64,000 bases of DNA from Azolla caroliniana (Eukaryota > Plantae > Polypodiophyta): NCBI GenBank assembly GCA_043228905.1, contig JBHGNT010000017.1, positions 4,340,001 through 4,404,000 on the forward strand, in the 5' to 3' direction. Below the pieces are notes generated by a model that was given only the letters and a program-made list of their open reading frames with translations, searched no databases and was not told the DNA's origin. Made by a program: the position numbers and the translations under genes. This document shows positions 1 through 22,329 of this stretch, one piece after another (within the stretch, counting starts at the first letter, position 1; each line of letters starts with the position of its first letter).

Positions 1-1796
1 TTGCTCCGCAAGTACAAATCATTGATGGGCGTATTGTCATTAATGAGGAGAGTCTTACTGTTTCTGCACATCCAAAAGATGATATTCGGACTTACAAACG
101 GGTAGAAGAGACACATTCCAAGCTGAACTATCATAGTTATACGAAAAGGACAGCAAGAGTAAATTGGCAGAAAGATGAGACAGAACGTTTTTATGAGGTA
201 GTATTTGTGTATGTTATTGCTGATTTTAAATTTTCTCTCATAATAGGGGAAAACTGCAATTGAAGGTGGGGGTAGTTGTTGAACTCCAGATCTATGGCTT
301 ATAGAGAAATTTCTCTAATGACTACTGACTTAAACATTACTTTTACATGAAATTTGAAGAACTTCTTTTGATACGACAGGCATTAAGTGAATTTGGGACA
401 AACTTCGCAATTATACAACACCTTTTCCCAGGGAGAACACGCAAACAAATATTTTTGAAGTATAAAAAGGAGGAAAAAATGTGCCCCTTGCGTGTGTCAG
501 ATGCATTAATGTTCAAACCAATTGGTTAGTTTTATTCTTTTGGTTTTGAACTTGTACCTTCTTGTAGTAACTCCTGTTCAAAGCTATTTAGAGAATAATT
601 TTGTTTGAGGTGCTACTGTTGCAGAGTGTTCACAGTACATGGAAGTTATGAATTTAATGAATCTTCAACCCACTGAAACAGAAGAACTGGAAGCTAGTCA
701 ACAGGATTCATTGTCTCTTGACTCAGGATCTAATGGAGAAGTAAGTCTCAATTGTCTCCTCTTGGGCATACTGATATCTTTTGCTTTTACTGGATTTATT
801 GGTCCAAAGTAAGGCTTAGAGTACTCTAGATATACCAACTACCAGCATTTTAGGTTTAAATGTCTCCTCTAGGGTATACTTTGTCTCTTGACACAGGATC
901 TAATGAAGCAGGTTTAAATGTCTCTTCTAGGGCATATGGTTTTTTTTTAACTGGATTTATTGATCTGAATTAAGGTTTAAATGCCTCCTCTAGGGTGTTC
1001 TTTGTCTCTTGACACAGGAGAAGTAAGGTCTAGATGACTCCTTGAGCAATTCACCTGCCAGTATGTTAGGTTTAAATGTCTCCTCTAGGGTGTGCATTGT
1101 CTCATGACTCAGGATCTAAATGTCTCCTCTTGGTATAACTATACCTTTTGTTTTCACTTGATATGTTGGTCTGACAAAAGGTGTAAATTACCCCTCTAGC
1201 TACACAATTGCCAGCACTTCAGATTTAGATGCCAATGTCATGGGCTTTTACTTGGGATACTGGTGTAAATAGTGTTTGTATGTTTCCTCTATGGTATATA
1301 AAATGCCAATACATCTCTTCCAGGGTATACAACATGTCAATCTTTTATGTTGAAATGTTTCCTCTTAGGATATACAAAATGCTCTGGTAGTTTGTGTTTT
1401 TACTTGATATATTGCATGAAGGAGTACAAATGCCAGTGTGTTAGGTTTTAAATGTCTAGGTTGTATACAAAATCCCAACATGTTTTTCCTTTTCCTTGTG
1501 ATATTGATGTTGGTAAATTATTAAATCAGGAAGTACCCGAGATACAGTCTACAATCTATAGGGAGATGGTTTTGAATCCGAACAAAGCTTCACCGATTCA
1601 TGGTGACAATATCAAGGATGAGAAAGAAGTGGTTGTTATGAAGCAACCTGATCATTTTGAAGCAACCAAACATGGTGAGCCTGAAAAACTTGAGATGAAA
1701 CCACCTGATGACAAACTACCAAAATGTAACGAGAGCCCGGTAAAAGAACCGGTTGTACCTCGTAAAAGATCCTTGTTTTCCTATCAAATAAAATGA
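1..1796 (+). CDS. BDP1: 3' part of TFIIIB component B''/BDP1-like SANT-Myb protein gene; exons <1-197, 380-524, 625-740, 1530-1796
   Basis: Spliced frame reads VAPQVQIIDGRIVINEESL...W.KDETERFYE|ALSEFGTNFAIIQHLFPGRTRKQIFLKYKKEEK, the Bdp1-type SANT domain. GT-AG sites at 198/379, 525/624 and 741/1529 keep phase; stop at 1794-1796. The 5' end lies outside the window. Confidence 0.85.
705..1460 (+). repeat. Degenerate intronic repeats, including copies of the preceding exon end
   Basis: ttgtctcttgac(t/a)caggatc recurs at ~711, ~881, ~1002 and ~1097; aggtttaaatgtctc(c/t)tctaggg recurs several times. Confidence 0.6.
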
Positions 1797-3963
1797 TAAA
1801 TAAATTGTTTCCTATGTTGACCTTATTGTTGAGTCTTTAAACACCTTCATCAGAGTGTTATTATTATTCATCTCTTAGTGGAGGTTTGATGTTTGTTGAG
1901 GCTTGACAGTACATCTGTCAAGTGTGTCTCTTAATGGATGCTTGATTGCTGTTTCTAGCAACCAAAGGTGGGGGAATTGAACTCCCAACATATTGGTTCA
2001 ATGGATAGGGTTCCAAAACCACTAGGGCAATTTTTGTAGGTCCTATACATTAATTCTTATTATCAATGAACAATTGGATTCTCTCAAGTTGTTGTTTGAC
2101 TTATCGTGCACATGTGTTGCTTATCATCAAAGACGAAATTAGCGACTGTCATGGGGTGGTACTTCAACTCCAATTACCATCAAATAAATGGACTAGAGTC
2201 TAGTATGGTATATTGAGGTGGTTTACAACTTGTATATATGAATTAAAAACTACCCTTGTTAAACATTGGGAATTTCATGTGGATGGAACTTATGGAAATC
2301 AAGCTTAGAAAAGACAATCCCCCTTTACCATGAACAAAACACATGAGATATCTATATTTTTTATCACGTAGTCTTACAATACAATGGGTTTGCTATGAGA
2401 GTCTTCATCAATGTACAACAAACCTTTCACCGTGGCATGAATATTAAATTGTATGTCATTAAAACGTGAAACTTCACTTATAGGGTACATTGATAATTTG
2501 TACGTGCTTGAGATTGTTGGCATTGTGGTGGAAAAAAAGCTTGAAATGTCGGGGTAAGGGAGTTATAGAATGTATGAGATGAAAGGATTATTTTTGATAA
2601 TGTAAAAATGAACTTTTTATCATAACACAAATACACCCCAAAAAATCGTATCCATCATAAAGAGAATATACATACGACTTTTAACGAGACGCTTAAAACA
2701 ACCAACATCTTGGCTAATTTTCGTTTGCAAGAACACAAAAGCTAGAAGGTGTGAAACAAGAATGGCCATTTAGCACGATGATATTAATATTAAAATTTAA
2801 AATGGGACACGAGGCTAATAGAACGTGGAAATGAGATTAGAGAGACTCAGAGTGAGTGTTGATATTTGGTTGTATGTTTTTTGCATCATGATGTTTTTAA
2901 ATACACAAAAGTAGAGTTATGGATCTCATCATTATGTTTCCTAGAAGCTAGCATTTTATTATATTGCTTACAACTTCCTCCATCTAGATTCTAAATAGAT
3001 GATGCTTATGTCTCTTTTCACATAGTAGTTGGCATTCTATTATTTTGCTTACAACATCTTCCATCTCAGTAGATGATGTTTGTCTCTTGATTTGATTACA
3101 CACAACCATGGATGCTACATGTCTTCTAATGATCAACCAATACTCAATGAGTTGTGCTATTTCTATGTTCTCAACTCTAGTGTAGAAATGGTTAAAAGCT
3201 AGTTTATACATAGGCTTATAGAACTTGTGCATAAACTTAAGGAGCATGATTCTTGTGAGCATGCCATAACCTTAGGGAGCTATAACGTTTCATGGTTTAT
3301 AAATGACTATGTGAATGTATTCAAATATGGAAGTAGACCTGCCATTACATGGTGTGTAAAGGCTTGTAGTCAATACAACATGAATGGTGGTGCTCTTGGT
3401 GACTTTTAAGGCACAAGCAGTTTTGCTATCTTTATGAGCCTTGAAATGCTTGCAATGATGTTTAGGGCTAAATGTTGCAGCTTGTGTTCATGCCTATGAT
3501 CATCTGCAAACAAACAGACAAGCCGATCTCTATAGCCTTACATACTCCACAAGGTGAAACGGTTATATCAAATATGAAAAGGCACCTTCTGCACCCCCCG
3601 GTCTGGGGACCAAGACGAACCTATCAGTAGAAGTTTTGCCCATACTCTTCACTCTACGAAAGTAAGGTGGAAGGGTTTGTATTTCGAGCCAAACATTCCC
3701 ATGGGGCAGGCGGTTATTTGACAACGGAAGTCATGCACCGGGGCTCCATTTGGGCATTTCGTGAGTTCGGGACTTGGGAAGGTCCAAGGGGTTGCTTTAC
3801 GATGCCGCACTAACACACTACTCTTGGACTTACAACAAATGGATCGAAGGTGAGAAGCCAAGTGAAGACTGAGTACATATGTATATAATACGAACTGGAT
3901 GATGGCCACCATTTCACACTTGAATCTCCTCCATGGGCATCATGACCTTCTCCTCTCTTCTCC

Positions 3964-4425
<462 letters not shown>

Positions 4426-4538
4426 ACAGACAGACAGAACAGAACAGAGCAGAAAGCGAAATCCTCTTTTGCTGAGTAGATTTAGCTATAGCTAGAATAG
4501 ATCTACTCGAAAAATGATCGCCCACCTCAACCATTGCT

Positions 4539-13945
<9,407 letters not shown>

Positions 13946-14119
13946 AGGGGTGCAACAAGTCACACTGCGATGCTTGAATGTATAGATGTATAATTGTTTT
14001 CTGTGGCATAATTGAGCTGGTGCACACGGTGAGAACAGCAAATAAAGGATCATGCCATGGCAGCATACATATGATGCTTGAATGCTCTTTTCTTAGGAGT
14101 GTTTGAAAATCAAATGTGT

Positions 14120-14690
14120 ATATGTAACTTAAATCCCATTTTAGAAGTATAGTTGCCGATTCGGTGATCATCTTTCATGTTATAGGTGGCTAGTCTAGTT
14201 CGAAAAACAATGTGACACTGATTGAATCTGATCACTACATGTGAACTTTAATGTGTTCAATATCTGGACATAGTACCAAAATTGTGTACTAGATAGAAGG
14301 TGATGTGTTGATATGTAACTTAAATCCCATTTTAGAAGTATAGTTGCCGATTCGGTGATCATCTTTCATGTTATAGGTGGCTAGTCTAGTTCGAAAAACA
14401 ATGTGACACTGATTGAATCTGATCACTACATGTGAACTTTAATGTGTTCAATATCTGGACATAGTACCAAAATTGTGTACTAGATAGAAGGTGATGTGTT
14501 GATATGTAACTTAAATCCCATTTTAGAAGTATAGTTGCTGATTCGGTGATCATCTTTCATGTTATAGGTGGCTAGTCTAGTTCGAAAAACAATGTGACAC
14601 TGATTGAATCTGATCACTACATGTGAACTTTAATGTGTTAAATATCTAGGCATAGTACCAAAATTGTGTACTAGATAGAAGGTGATGTGT
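14120..14690. repeat. Three tandem copies of a 191-bp unit downstream of the SELO stop codon
   Basis: atatgtaacttaaatcccattttagaag begins at 14120, 14311 and 14502; the copies are nearly identical. Confidence 0.95.
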
Positions 14691-14723
14691 AACACATCAC
14701 CTTCTATCTAGTACACAATTTTG
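14659..14723. repeat. Perfect 32-bp inverted repeat with a 1-nt spacer
   Basis: caaaattgtgtactagatagaaggtgatgtgt-a-acacatcaccttctatctagtacacaattttg. Confidence 0.95.
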
Positions 14724-15295
14724 TAGGAGCACGTGCCTAATTGTATGTTGCACCTGCCAAGAGCAAATAAGAGAAGGAGAAGTGAGTTGGTATAAATACC
14801 AAATGAGACCGTCAATTTCGAATTTAAAAATAGAGTATTCACACGTGCTCCTACAAAATAGGTTTAAAACATGACCTTACATGTTGGATATCTTGACTGT
14901 CTAGATATAATATTCTATGACTGACCTAAATGTCTTGTATATTTTGTTTAGATATAATGTTCTATGACTTGGCCTAAATGTCTTGGATATTTTGTTTACA
15001 TTTCCTTACAGCTGATTAAATGCTGTGTAAGTCTATTTGCATGGACCACATTTAGGATGGAAACTGTTTTCTTTCTATGTGATTTAATTGCAAAAGTCTT
15101 GGATATTTAGTTTGCATTTCCTTAGAGCTGATTAAGTGCTGTGTACGTCTATTGCATGAACCACATTTTGGGTGGAAACTGTTTTCCTTCTGTATAGTTT
15201 AATTGCATCTAATATAAATATCTCTGAGATTTACTGACCATTTTGTTTCCATTTATTTTTCTATTAATATCTTCTCATATTTAGTGGTTGCCTTG

Positions 15296-15343
<48 letters not shown>

Positions 15344-16164
15344 GAACTAAAAAAAACGAAAGTCTTATATTGGTCAGTTATTGCTCATAAATTTATCTAT
15401 TCTTTTTAGTGACAATTGAAAGTTAGTTAGTATGAGATGCGTGTATGAAGAAATATGGCTTGTCATTTTTGACATACATGCATGTAAGTTTTATTATTAT
15501 TGGAAATGAACAATCCTTTATTTTAAGGATTTTAACTAGTTTAAGTTCCATGTAGAAGCACAGTTCTATTGATTGTTTATATCTTTTCATTTTGTAAATG
15601 ATAGTTTCAACATGTTCATAATTATACTGCCAATTGGACCATGCCAATGTTAGCTTAGAAATAACAGTAATGAAATTGAATATCCTTATCTATTATAATT
15701 TGTATCAGATAAACTTTGACACTAAATATAAGGGAAGCCTGAAACAACTAAAATGGTTTGCCTTGCAGAAATTAGTTGAAGTATCCTTATCTACTGTTAT
15801 TTGGGTATGACCACACAGTCAAGAATTCACGATGTAGGCTTAGATATTCCTCCAACAGGGTATATCTCTGTGAAAGCTTAAATATTGAGATAACAGTTAC
15901 TCAAATCACTCTCTATCAGAATGGGTGAGAAAGCATCATCTCTAGTGCCAAAGATCATATATAATCCTAGAACATGGGACCAATTAAAGCGCGTAGGATG
16001 TACAGATAAATCAGGTTTGCACACATTGTAAGGCATAGGCAACTGTCAACTGATGAAGAGCTGTAAACACCTTGTTGAAGAGGTGGACAGTTCTAACTTA
16101 AGTAAAGGGTGCTGAGTTTTTGTTTGTTACACATTCAACACTTCTATGTTTACATCTTCCTTTG

Positions 16165-16195
<31 letters not shown>

Positions 16196-16561
16196 ATCTG
16201 TGTCTTCTCATAGTTGTTTCTGTCATACCAGGCGCTCTAGCATTCTCTTAGGGATTTTCATCAGATAAATAGCAATATACATACATAGTCTGTAAATATC
16301 TGTATTCTTGCCTTTTGTACCTACAGTATTGGGCAATCATAGTTCTTAAACATCTGCTGCCTTTTTACTTCACTTAATATCACAACAATCGCACATCTCC
16401 TTTACTAAAATGTGCACCTCGATATATACATGACAAAATTTTTTCTTTTGGTGGTTCACACATGACGTACATTTTAGAATACATTGTCTACATCTGTGCA
16501 TCGAGGAGATACTTGCATCATTAGTATACATTTACAAAGAATCATAATTTGGCACGTTTAC

Positions 16562-19500
16562 CTTGTCTTTAGCATGTCTTTCCATTTGCTGCCACTACCA
16601 TTAACTCGGGACGATATACTCCAAAGAGATTCACCCTTGTTTACCTTCACTTTTGAAGGAGCTGTAGGGGCTTTAGAGGACTTGGATGTGAGCAATGGAT
16701 GATGGGTCTTTGTGTTCTTCGACATCCCATTGGCTAGTAACCATCTAGAACCTGTTTGTTGCTGCTTTTCATTACCCCATACTATCTTCTTCCTCGTCTG
16801 CTTCTCCTCCTCTTCATCTTCAGGTGCTTTTAGACCTGCCATATGCACACCAATCATCTTGAACTGAGGAATAACTTCCTCTTTCCTACTTTCAGCTTCT
16901 TCATCTTCTTCAGTATTTCCTTTCAATGAAACATTCCTTCCCACCTTCAGTTTGGGTGGTTTAACCATTCGTTCAGCCTGAACAAATGCCATCATTGGCA
17001 CACCGACAGCTTCGTTGTTTTTTAAAGGATCTCGTAGTTGCACTAGCATCGCTATGGTAACTGTATTCCCCATACATCCCCATCTTGCTTTGGCATTCTC
17101 TTTTCTCTTCTTTTTATCTTCATTGGCAACAAGTGCGAGCTCTTGGTGATTTGCATGATGAGCAGCCATTATTGCCATAGTGTCTTTGTTCATGTCAACT
17201 TCATCATATAATCCGGCATCCAGAAGCATCCATTCATCCAAACCAATTGCCATATCCATCAATCCATTGTTACCACCTTCACTAGAAGAAGTTTGAGTCA
17301 ATGCTTTTGAGCCTTTATGCAAATGGACGCCTGTTACACCTTTTACAGTATGTGGCATATCCTTCCCATCAAATTGATCATCCAATGAAAATGCACTGAG
17401 AGTATAAGAAGCCTCGTCTTCTTCAACGTTTGATTGGACTTTCAATCCATCCATGGCTAAAGCTTCGATTTGCTGCATAGCCATAGGTGCAAGGTCTTCC
17501 AAGGATAAAAACTCACCCATCATATTCTGTGACTTTTGAGCATTCCAATTCAGTTCTTTTCCACTAATTGCCCCTAAAGGTCCTTCTAAGGCCCTACGCC
17601 TGTCATCCAAGAAATGAAGAATATATTCAACATTTACAAACTAAAGTGAGAAGAGATGTAAAACAATCTACACAATTCAGGGAGGATACCAAAACCTACT
17701 CTAACAAATGCAACTCTTCTGTCGAAGGCCAGAAAATTTTACTTGGTGAGCTTCTCTGCATGAACAACTTACCAAAACTAGTTCCTAAATGGGGTTAGAC
17801 ACATTTACAACCCAGGATTTAGGGTGCTATTCATTTGAGCCCGTCTCCCATAAACCACTCATGTGGCTTCTCACACTCTTGCAGGCTATGGATAACCTTG
17901 TTTACTCCATTCTCTCGGTTTATACAAACCTTCAACACTTAAATAAAGAAAATTGTTCCAAAGAATCTATACCTAGATTTTGCAGCTGCCATTCCCTCAG
18001 TAGCGACATGCTCTACTGGCCGGCCGGCAATATCTTCCAAGGGCATNNNNNNNNNNNNNNNNNNNNNNNNNNNNNNNNNNNNNNNNNNNNNNNNNNNNNN
18101 NNNNNNNNNNNNNNNNNNNNNNNNNNNNNNNNNNNNNNNNNNNNNNACACCTCGGCACTAATTGTCTTTGAGGAATCTAACGAGGTTATGACCTGATGCT
18201 TTTCAACGATGACATTTTCTGCTTCATTCTTCAGATATCCATCTACTGCTTCATCGATTTCCATGCCCTTCTCCACCACTGAAAACTCTGCCTCGTCATC
18301 TGAAGATGCTTCCTCTTCCTGGTGCCTTATTAATGGGTTCAAATCCTCATAACTAGTGTATATATCTTCATTCTTCCCAGTTTGTGATGGCCGTTGGGAA
18401 GGTAAACCTGAATCAACATGCTGGGGTTTTACCTGAGATTTGCCTGCAGGAAGATTTGCCTTGAATCCATCTTGAGGAGATGCATATGTATGTTCACGGA
18501 AGCTCAGCACCTCCGCCATTTTTCGACTTCTATTTTCTTGAGGAGCTGTTATTGAAGGAGGCTCTTCCAAGTTGAGATGATCCATGGCAAGAAAACCATC
18601 ATAGTCATCACCTGGTTCTGAAACAGCTGGAGAGTGGCTGGGATGTGCTCTTTTTGGTACTATTCGAGGAGAACCATGAGCTGAGTTTGGGAGGCTGAAT
18701 GAAGTATTGCGAGACGATGTAGATCGATGATGTGGTGGGGAATCTGGGAATCTTCTGCTGACGCTAGCAGAGGTTGCTGATTCCTTATCAAGCACCTCGT
18801 AGTTGAAAGTTATCACAAGCTTTGCTCCCTTTGCCTTCCCTGTGAGGTCTAAAGTTGTGTCCCAGCTATTGCCTTTTTCAAGTTGACCATTATTATCATC
18901 CACCAAGTCGCTCATAAGTCGGCTGAGTTCAAGTTGGTGCTTCCCAAAATCTAGCTCATCTATATCTGGGGAAATCACAGAAACAATGACAGATTTGTCC
19001 ATGAATTTTGAGGTGCTCGAATGACCTTTGTTACTGTAAAGTGTACACTTGATGAACAAATTTTCCCGGAAGTCTGCAATGCCTTGGAAAACTCGGCTTG
19101 GCATGGATTGCACTGCTCCTTCTTTAGTTTCTGCCTTCCTCAGATGTACACACAATCGAAGCCCATTCATTGCAGCAGGGAGACCTTCAATGGCATGAAC
19201 ATAAGCTGAAAACACACCATGAAGGCGATGCCTACCAATGTGTGATAGTGCCCGGAGTGGCTTCCAACTATTCCAAACCTTCTTCTTCTTATCTGATAAA
19301 TGATCAGACCTATGAGTGGTATCAGGAGATTCTTCAGGCCATTCTGGCTCTTCGCTGTAGGGTTTCTCGACCTCAACATGGTTAGTGCGCTGAGGCTGAA
19401 TGGAAAGGCGGCGATTGATCCTGGATTGAGCATCTTGCTTTGGCTCAGCCCCCCAAAGGGAAGAGCTTTGGGGTCGACCGTCTTGCTTGGGTTCACTCCC

Positions 19501-19986
19501 CCACAGGGAAGAGTTTTGTGATGGAATCATAGAAGAAGAGAACTGAGGTCGCAGATAATCTGATTCAGCCTTTCGATCAGACTTTACATCACTCTTTCGA
19601 TCAGACTTTCCGGGATTGAAAGGCTGAAGAGCTGGGTGAGACGTAGAGATTGAGTGTCGGGATCGAAAACTCGAGATGGATGTGGGCGGATCTCCCACTA
19701 CGAGACCTGGAAGAGGGATAGGATCATGATGTGTGATGACTTCTTCACTGAGGCCATAGGCAGTGGACCTTCTTCCTGGTAAGCTTTCTGACCTACGGGA
19801 AGAGATTCCATGTTGTGGTTGCGATTGTAGAATTTTATCTTTCAGATGAGATTGCAAATCACCATTCTTCTTTGACTGGTATAGAGACTGGCTCAAGACC
19901 TCTAATTCTTGAAGAAGCTGACCACCACCCTGATGGCCTTGTGGATTGTTGCTCTTCCATCTAGATGGAGAAGAAGAACCAGACAT
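16562..19986 (-). CDS. PMI1: PLASTID MOVEMENT IMPAIRED 1 / PMI1-related protein (NT-C2 domain); exon 19986-17973 (contains gap), exon 17599-16562, short terminal exon uncertain (candidate ~16320-16248)
   Basis: LLQELEVLSQSLY; WKPLRALSHIG...GLPAAMNGLRLCVHLRKAETKEGAVQSMPSRVFQGIADF (NT-C2 of the PMI1 family); MPLEDIAG; SLEDLAPMAMQQIEALAMDGLKVQS; LDEWMLLD; LVQLRDPLKNNEAVG; PQFK..VHMAGLK; GSRWLLANGM; LWSISSR. The GT-AG intron 17972-17600 keeps frame. PMI1 versus PMIR orthology cannot be resolved by eye. Confidence 0.88.
18047..18146. other. Assembly gap (100 N) inside the PMI1-like coding exon
   Basis: Run of exactly 100 N; the reading frame differs on the two sides, so the true gap length is unknown. 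Confidence 0.98.
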
Positions 19987-20240
19987 CTCTTCTTTACCTC
20001 TTTTATTCCCCAATTTCAATTTGATGCTTGTTCTCTCTTCTAATACGCAAAATCTTTCACTGTCTTCTTCCTTATTTTGGCTAAATCCTTCTTCGTTTAG
20101 AACTCAATTCATTTAGAAATCAGCTCAAAAAACCCCTCTGTTGTTACGTATTTTAGTTCAATCCTGATACATTTCTTTCTTTTATAACACAAAATTTTCA
20201 CTAAAGCTGGTTTTTCAAAAGAAAAGAAAATTTCTTTCTT

Positions 20241-20545
20241 CCTTTAGCTCAATCCTAGTATCTTTTCTTCTTTAGGAGCTCAGTTCTTTGCCAAATCTAA
20301 ATTTTCAAATAACTAAAAAACACATCTATTTGCTTCCTCCTTTTAGCTCAATCCTAGTATCTTTTCTTCTTTAGGAGCTCAGTTCTTTGCCAAATCTAAA
20401 TTTTCAAATAACTAAAAAACACATCTATTTGCTCCCTCCTTTTAGCTCAATCCTAGTATCTTTTCTTCTTTAGGAGCTCAGTTCTTTGCCAAATCTAAAT
20501 TTCCGAATAGATAAAAAAAACACATCTATTTGTGTCCTCCTTCAA
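20241..20545. repeat. Three tandem ~100-bp copies in the PMI1-like 5' region
   Basis: tttagctcaatcctagtatcttttcttctttaggagctcagttctttgccaaatctaaattt recurs at ~20243, ~20342 and ~20441. Confidence 0.9.
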
Positions 20546-20790
20546 GAAACCGGATGTTTCTCTATTCTGTTTCTGTAAATCAACTCAGAAACTGAAGGAT
20601 GGGTTTTGAATACTCACCTGTTTCCATGGTCATCCATGACTGGAGGGAACTCTTGTCTCTGTTCCGTAACAATGGGCATCTCTGTGACGAATGAAGCGAG
20701 AAAGACTATCTATCTACCTTTCCTTTCTTTCTTACCCTTATGGGCTCTGCTACAGTTTGGCTTGCCTTCTCCTTCCTCTACCCAGTAGCT

Positions 20791-20882
20791 GACGTGGCTC
20801 CTTTCCCTCCTTCCTGGCTCGCTGACGTGGCCATCTCTGCGCCAGGAGCCACGTCTATGTGCCACGTCATCCCTGCCACGTC
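20791..20882. promoter_or_regulatory. Cluster of five GCCACGTC/GACGTGGC ACGT elements (G/C-box hybrid, bZIP-type) upstream of the PMI1-like gene
   Basis: GACGTGGC at 20791 and 20824; GCCACGTC at 20848, 20861 and 20875; ~0.8 kb upstream of the ATG. Confidence 0.65.
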
Positions 20883-21247
20883 GGCATTTGCCAGGTTCCC
20901 ATCATCTCTCGACCCCTCCTTTTTATCTTCTATGTTATCTTCTTATCATCATCTTTTTCTTCTTCTTCTTCTTTCTTCTTCTTCTTTTCTATGGACATGA
21001 AAGCTCCATATGAACCCCACCCCACCTCTTCTCAATGTCTTTTGCTTGCTTTTTAATTGAATGAATAAAAATAAAAAGCAGAACTCGTCAATGGTCGGGA
21101 CCCGACCGATTTCATAAGTGAGAACCCACAAAGAACTATATATGGGTTTTCATTCAGACAAAACATCAACACAGAACTGGTGATGTCATTTTGTCCACCT
21201 AGTTCATACAGGCACGTCTTTAGGATCTCTCTCTCTCTCTCTCTCTC

Positions 21248-22282
21248 GCATAAAAGCAAAATTTTGTGTTCTGGTTGGATGCAAGATATAGAAAAATGGT
21301 TTGGTAGATGGGATGCGAGACACTTGCTTCATGATGCATCATTAGATTCCTTTGTAAATGAGGCATTTTTGCAACGCCAATGTATCATGACATGGGACAA
21401 ATGTGGAGGCTCACGCTTCACACATTATACTACACATGTTGCACCTAACTACAAAACCATATTCTTTGCGGAACTTGGAAATCGTACACATCCATACATG
21501 TTAGAGCCCATACCGTTATCTGCCATTCGAACCATTGCTTCCATGCGACTTAGCTCACATGCATTGCGATGTGAAATAGGGCGTTAGGGCGTTGGGGTAC
21601 AAGTGATGAGAGTGGTGGTCGGCTATGCACACTTTGCCCTAAACAAGTTCGCGTGTTTGAGTATCACACTTTGATACAATGCTCTGCCTTTGATCATATT
21701 CAACCATGCTTTCCACATCTCTTCGATCGAGCCCAATCTTTGCATGAATTCCTCTCACAACCACAATGTGCACTCTCGATTGCAACATTCATTGGTAAAG
21801 TTCTTGAACATCGAGAGTCACTACTCACTTTCACACGTATCACGTGAAATGTAATATTTTTGGTCTCATAGGTCATATTTGACCTCCGAAGACGATAATA
21901 TAATCTATCTATCTCTCCGAACCATTGCTTCCACGCGATTTAGCTCACATGCATTGCGATGTGAGACAGGGCGTTGGGGCACAAGTGATGAGAGTGGTCA
22001 GCTATGCACACTTTTGCCCTAAACAAGTTCGAGAGTCTGGACTATCACACTTTGATACAATGCTCTGCCTTTGATCATATTTGACCATGTTTTCCACACA
22101 TCTTCGGACCAAGCCCAATCCTTGCACGAATTTCTCTCACAACCACAATGTGCACTCTCGGTTGCAACATTCATTGGTAAAGTTCTTGAACATCGAGAGT
22201 CGCTGCTCACTTTCACACGTATCACACGAAATGTAAATTTTTTTGGTCTCATAAGATATATTTGACCTCTGAAGACGATAAT

Positions 22283-22315
<33 letters not shown>
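21248..22315 (+). mobile_element. Two tandem 5'-truncated non-LTR retrotransposon 3' ends (RTEX/L2/CR1-like C-terminus) with microsatellite tails
   Basis: IASMRLSSHALRCE(I/T)GRWG...LCTLC...EYHTLIQCSAFDHI resembles the RLSSH.L.IETGR..C..C..E.H...C C-terminal motif. Copy 1 ~21248-21916, copy 2 ~21917-22315; both end gaagacgataatataa followed by (TCTA)n or (TC)n. Confidence 0.7.
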
Positions 22316-22319
<4 letters not shown>

Positions 22320-22329
22320 GTAAATAATG

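Noticed and set aside
2900-3500. Short ORFs between BDP1 and SELO, possible transposase relic
   Set aside because: No recognisable domain, TIR or TSD.
18013-18146. Apparent frameshift and early stop in the PMI1-like gene
   Set aside because: Caused by the arbitrary 100-N gap; MPLEDIAG resumes in another frame after the gap.
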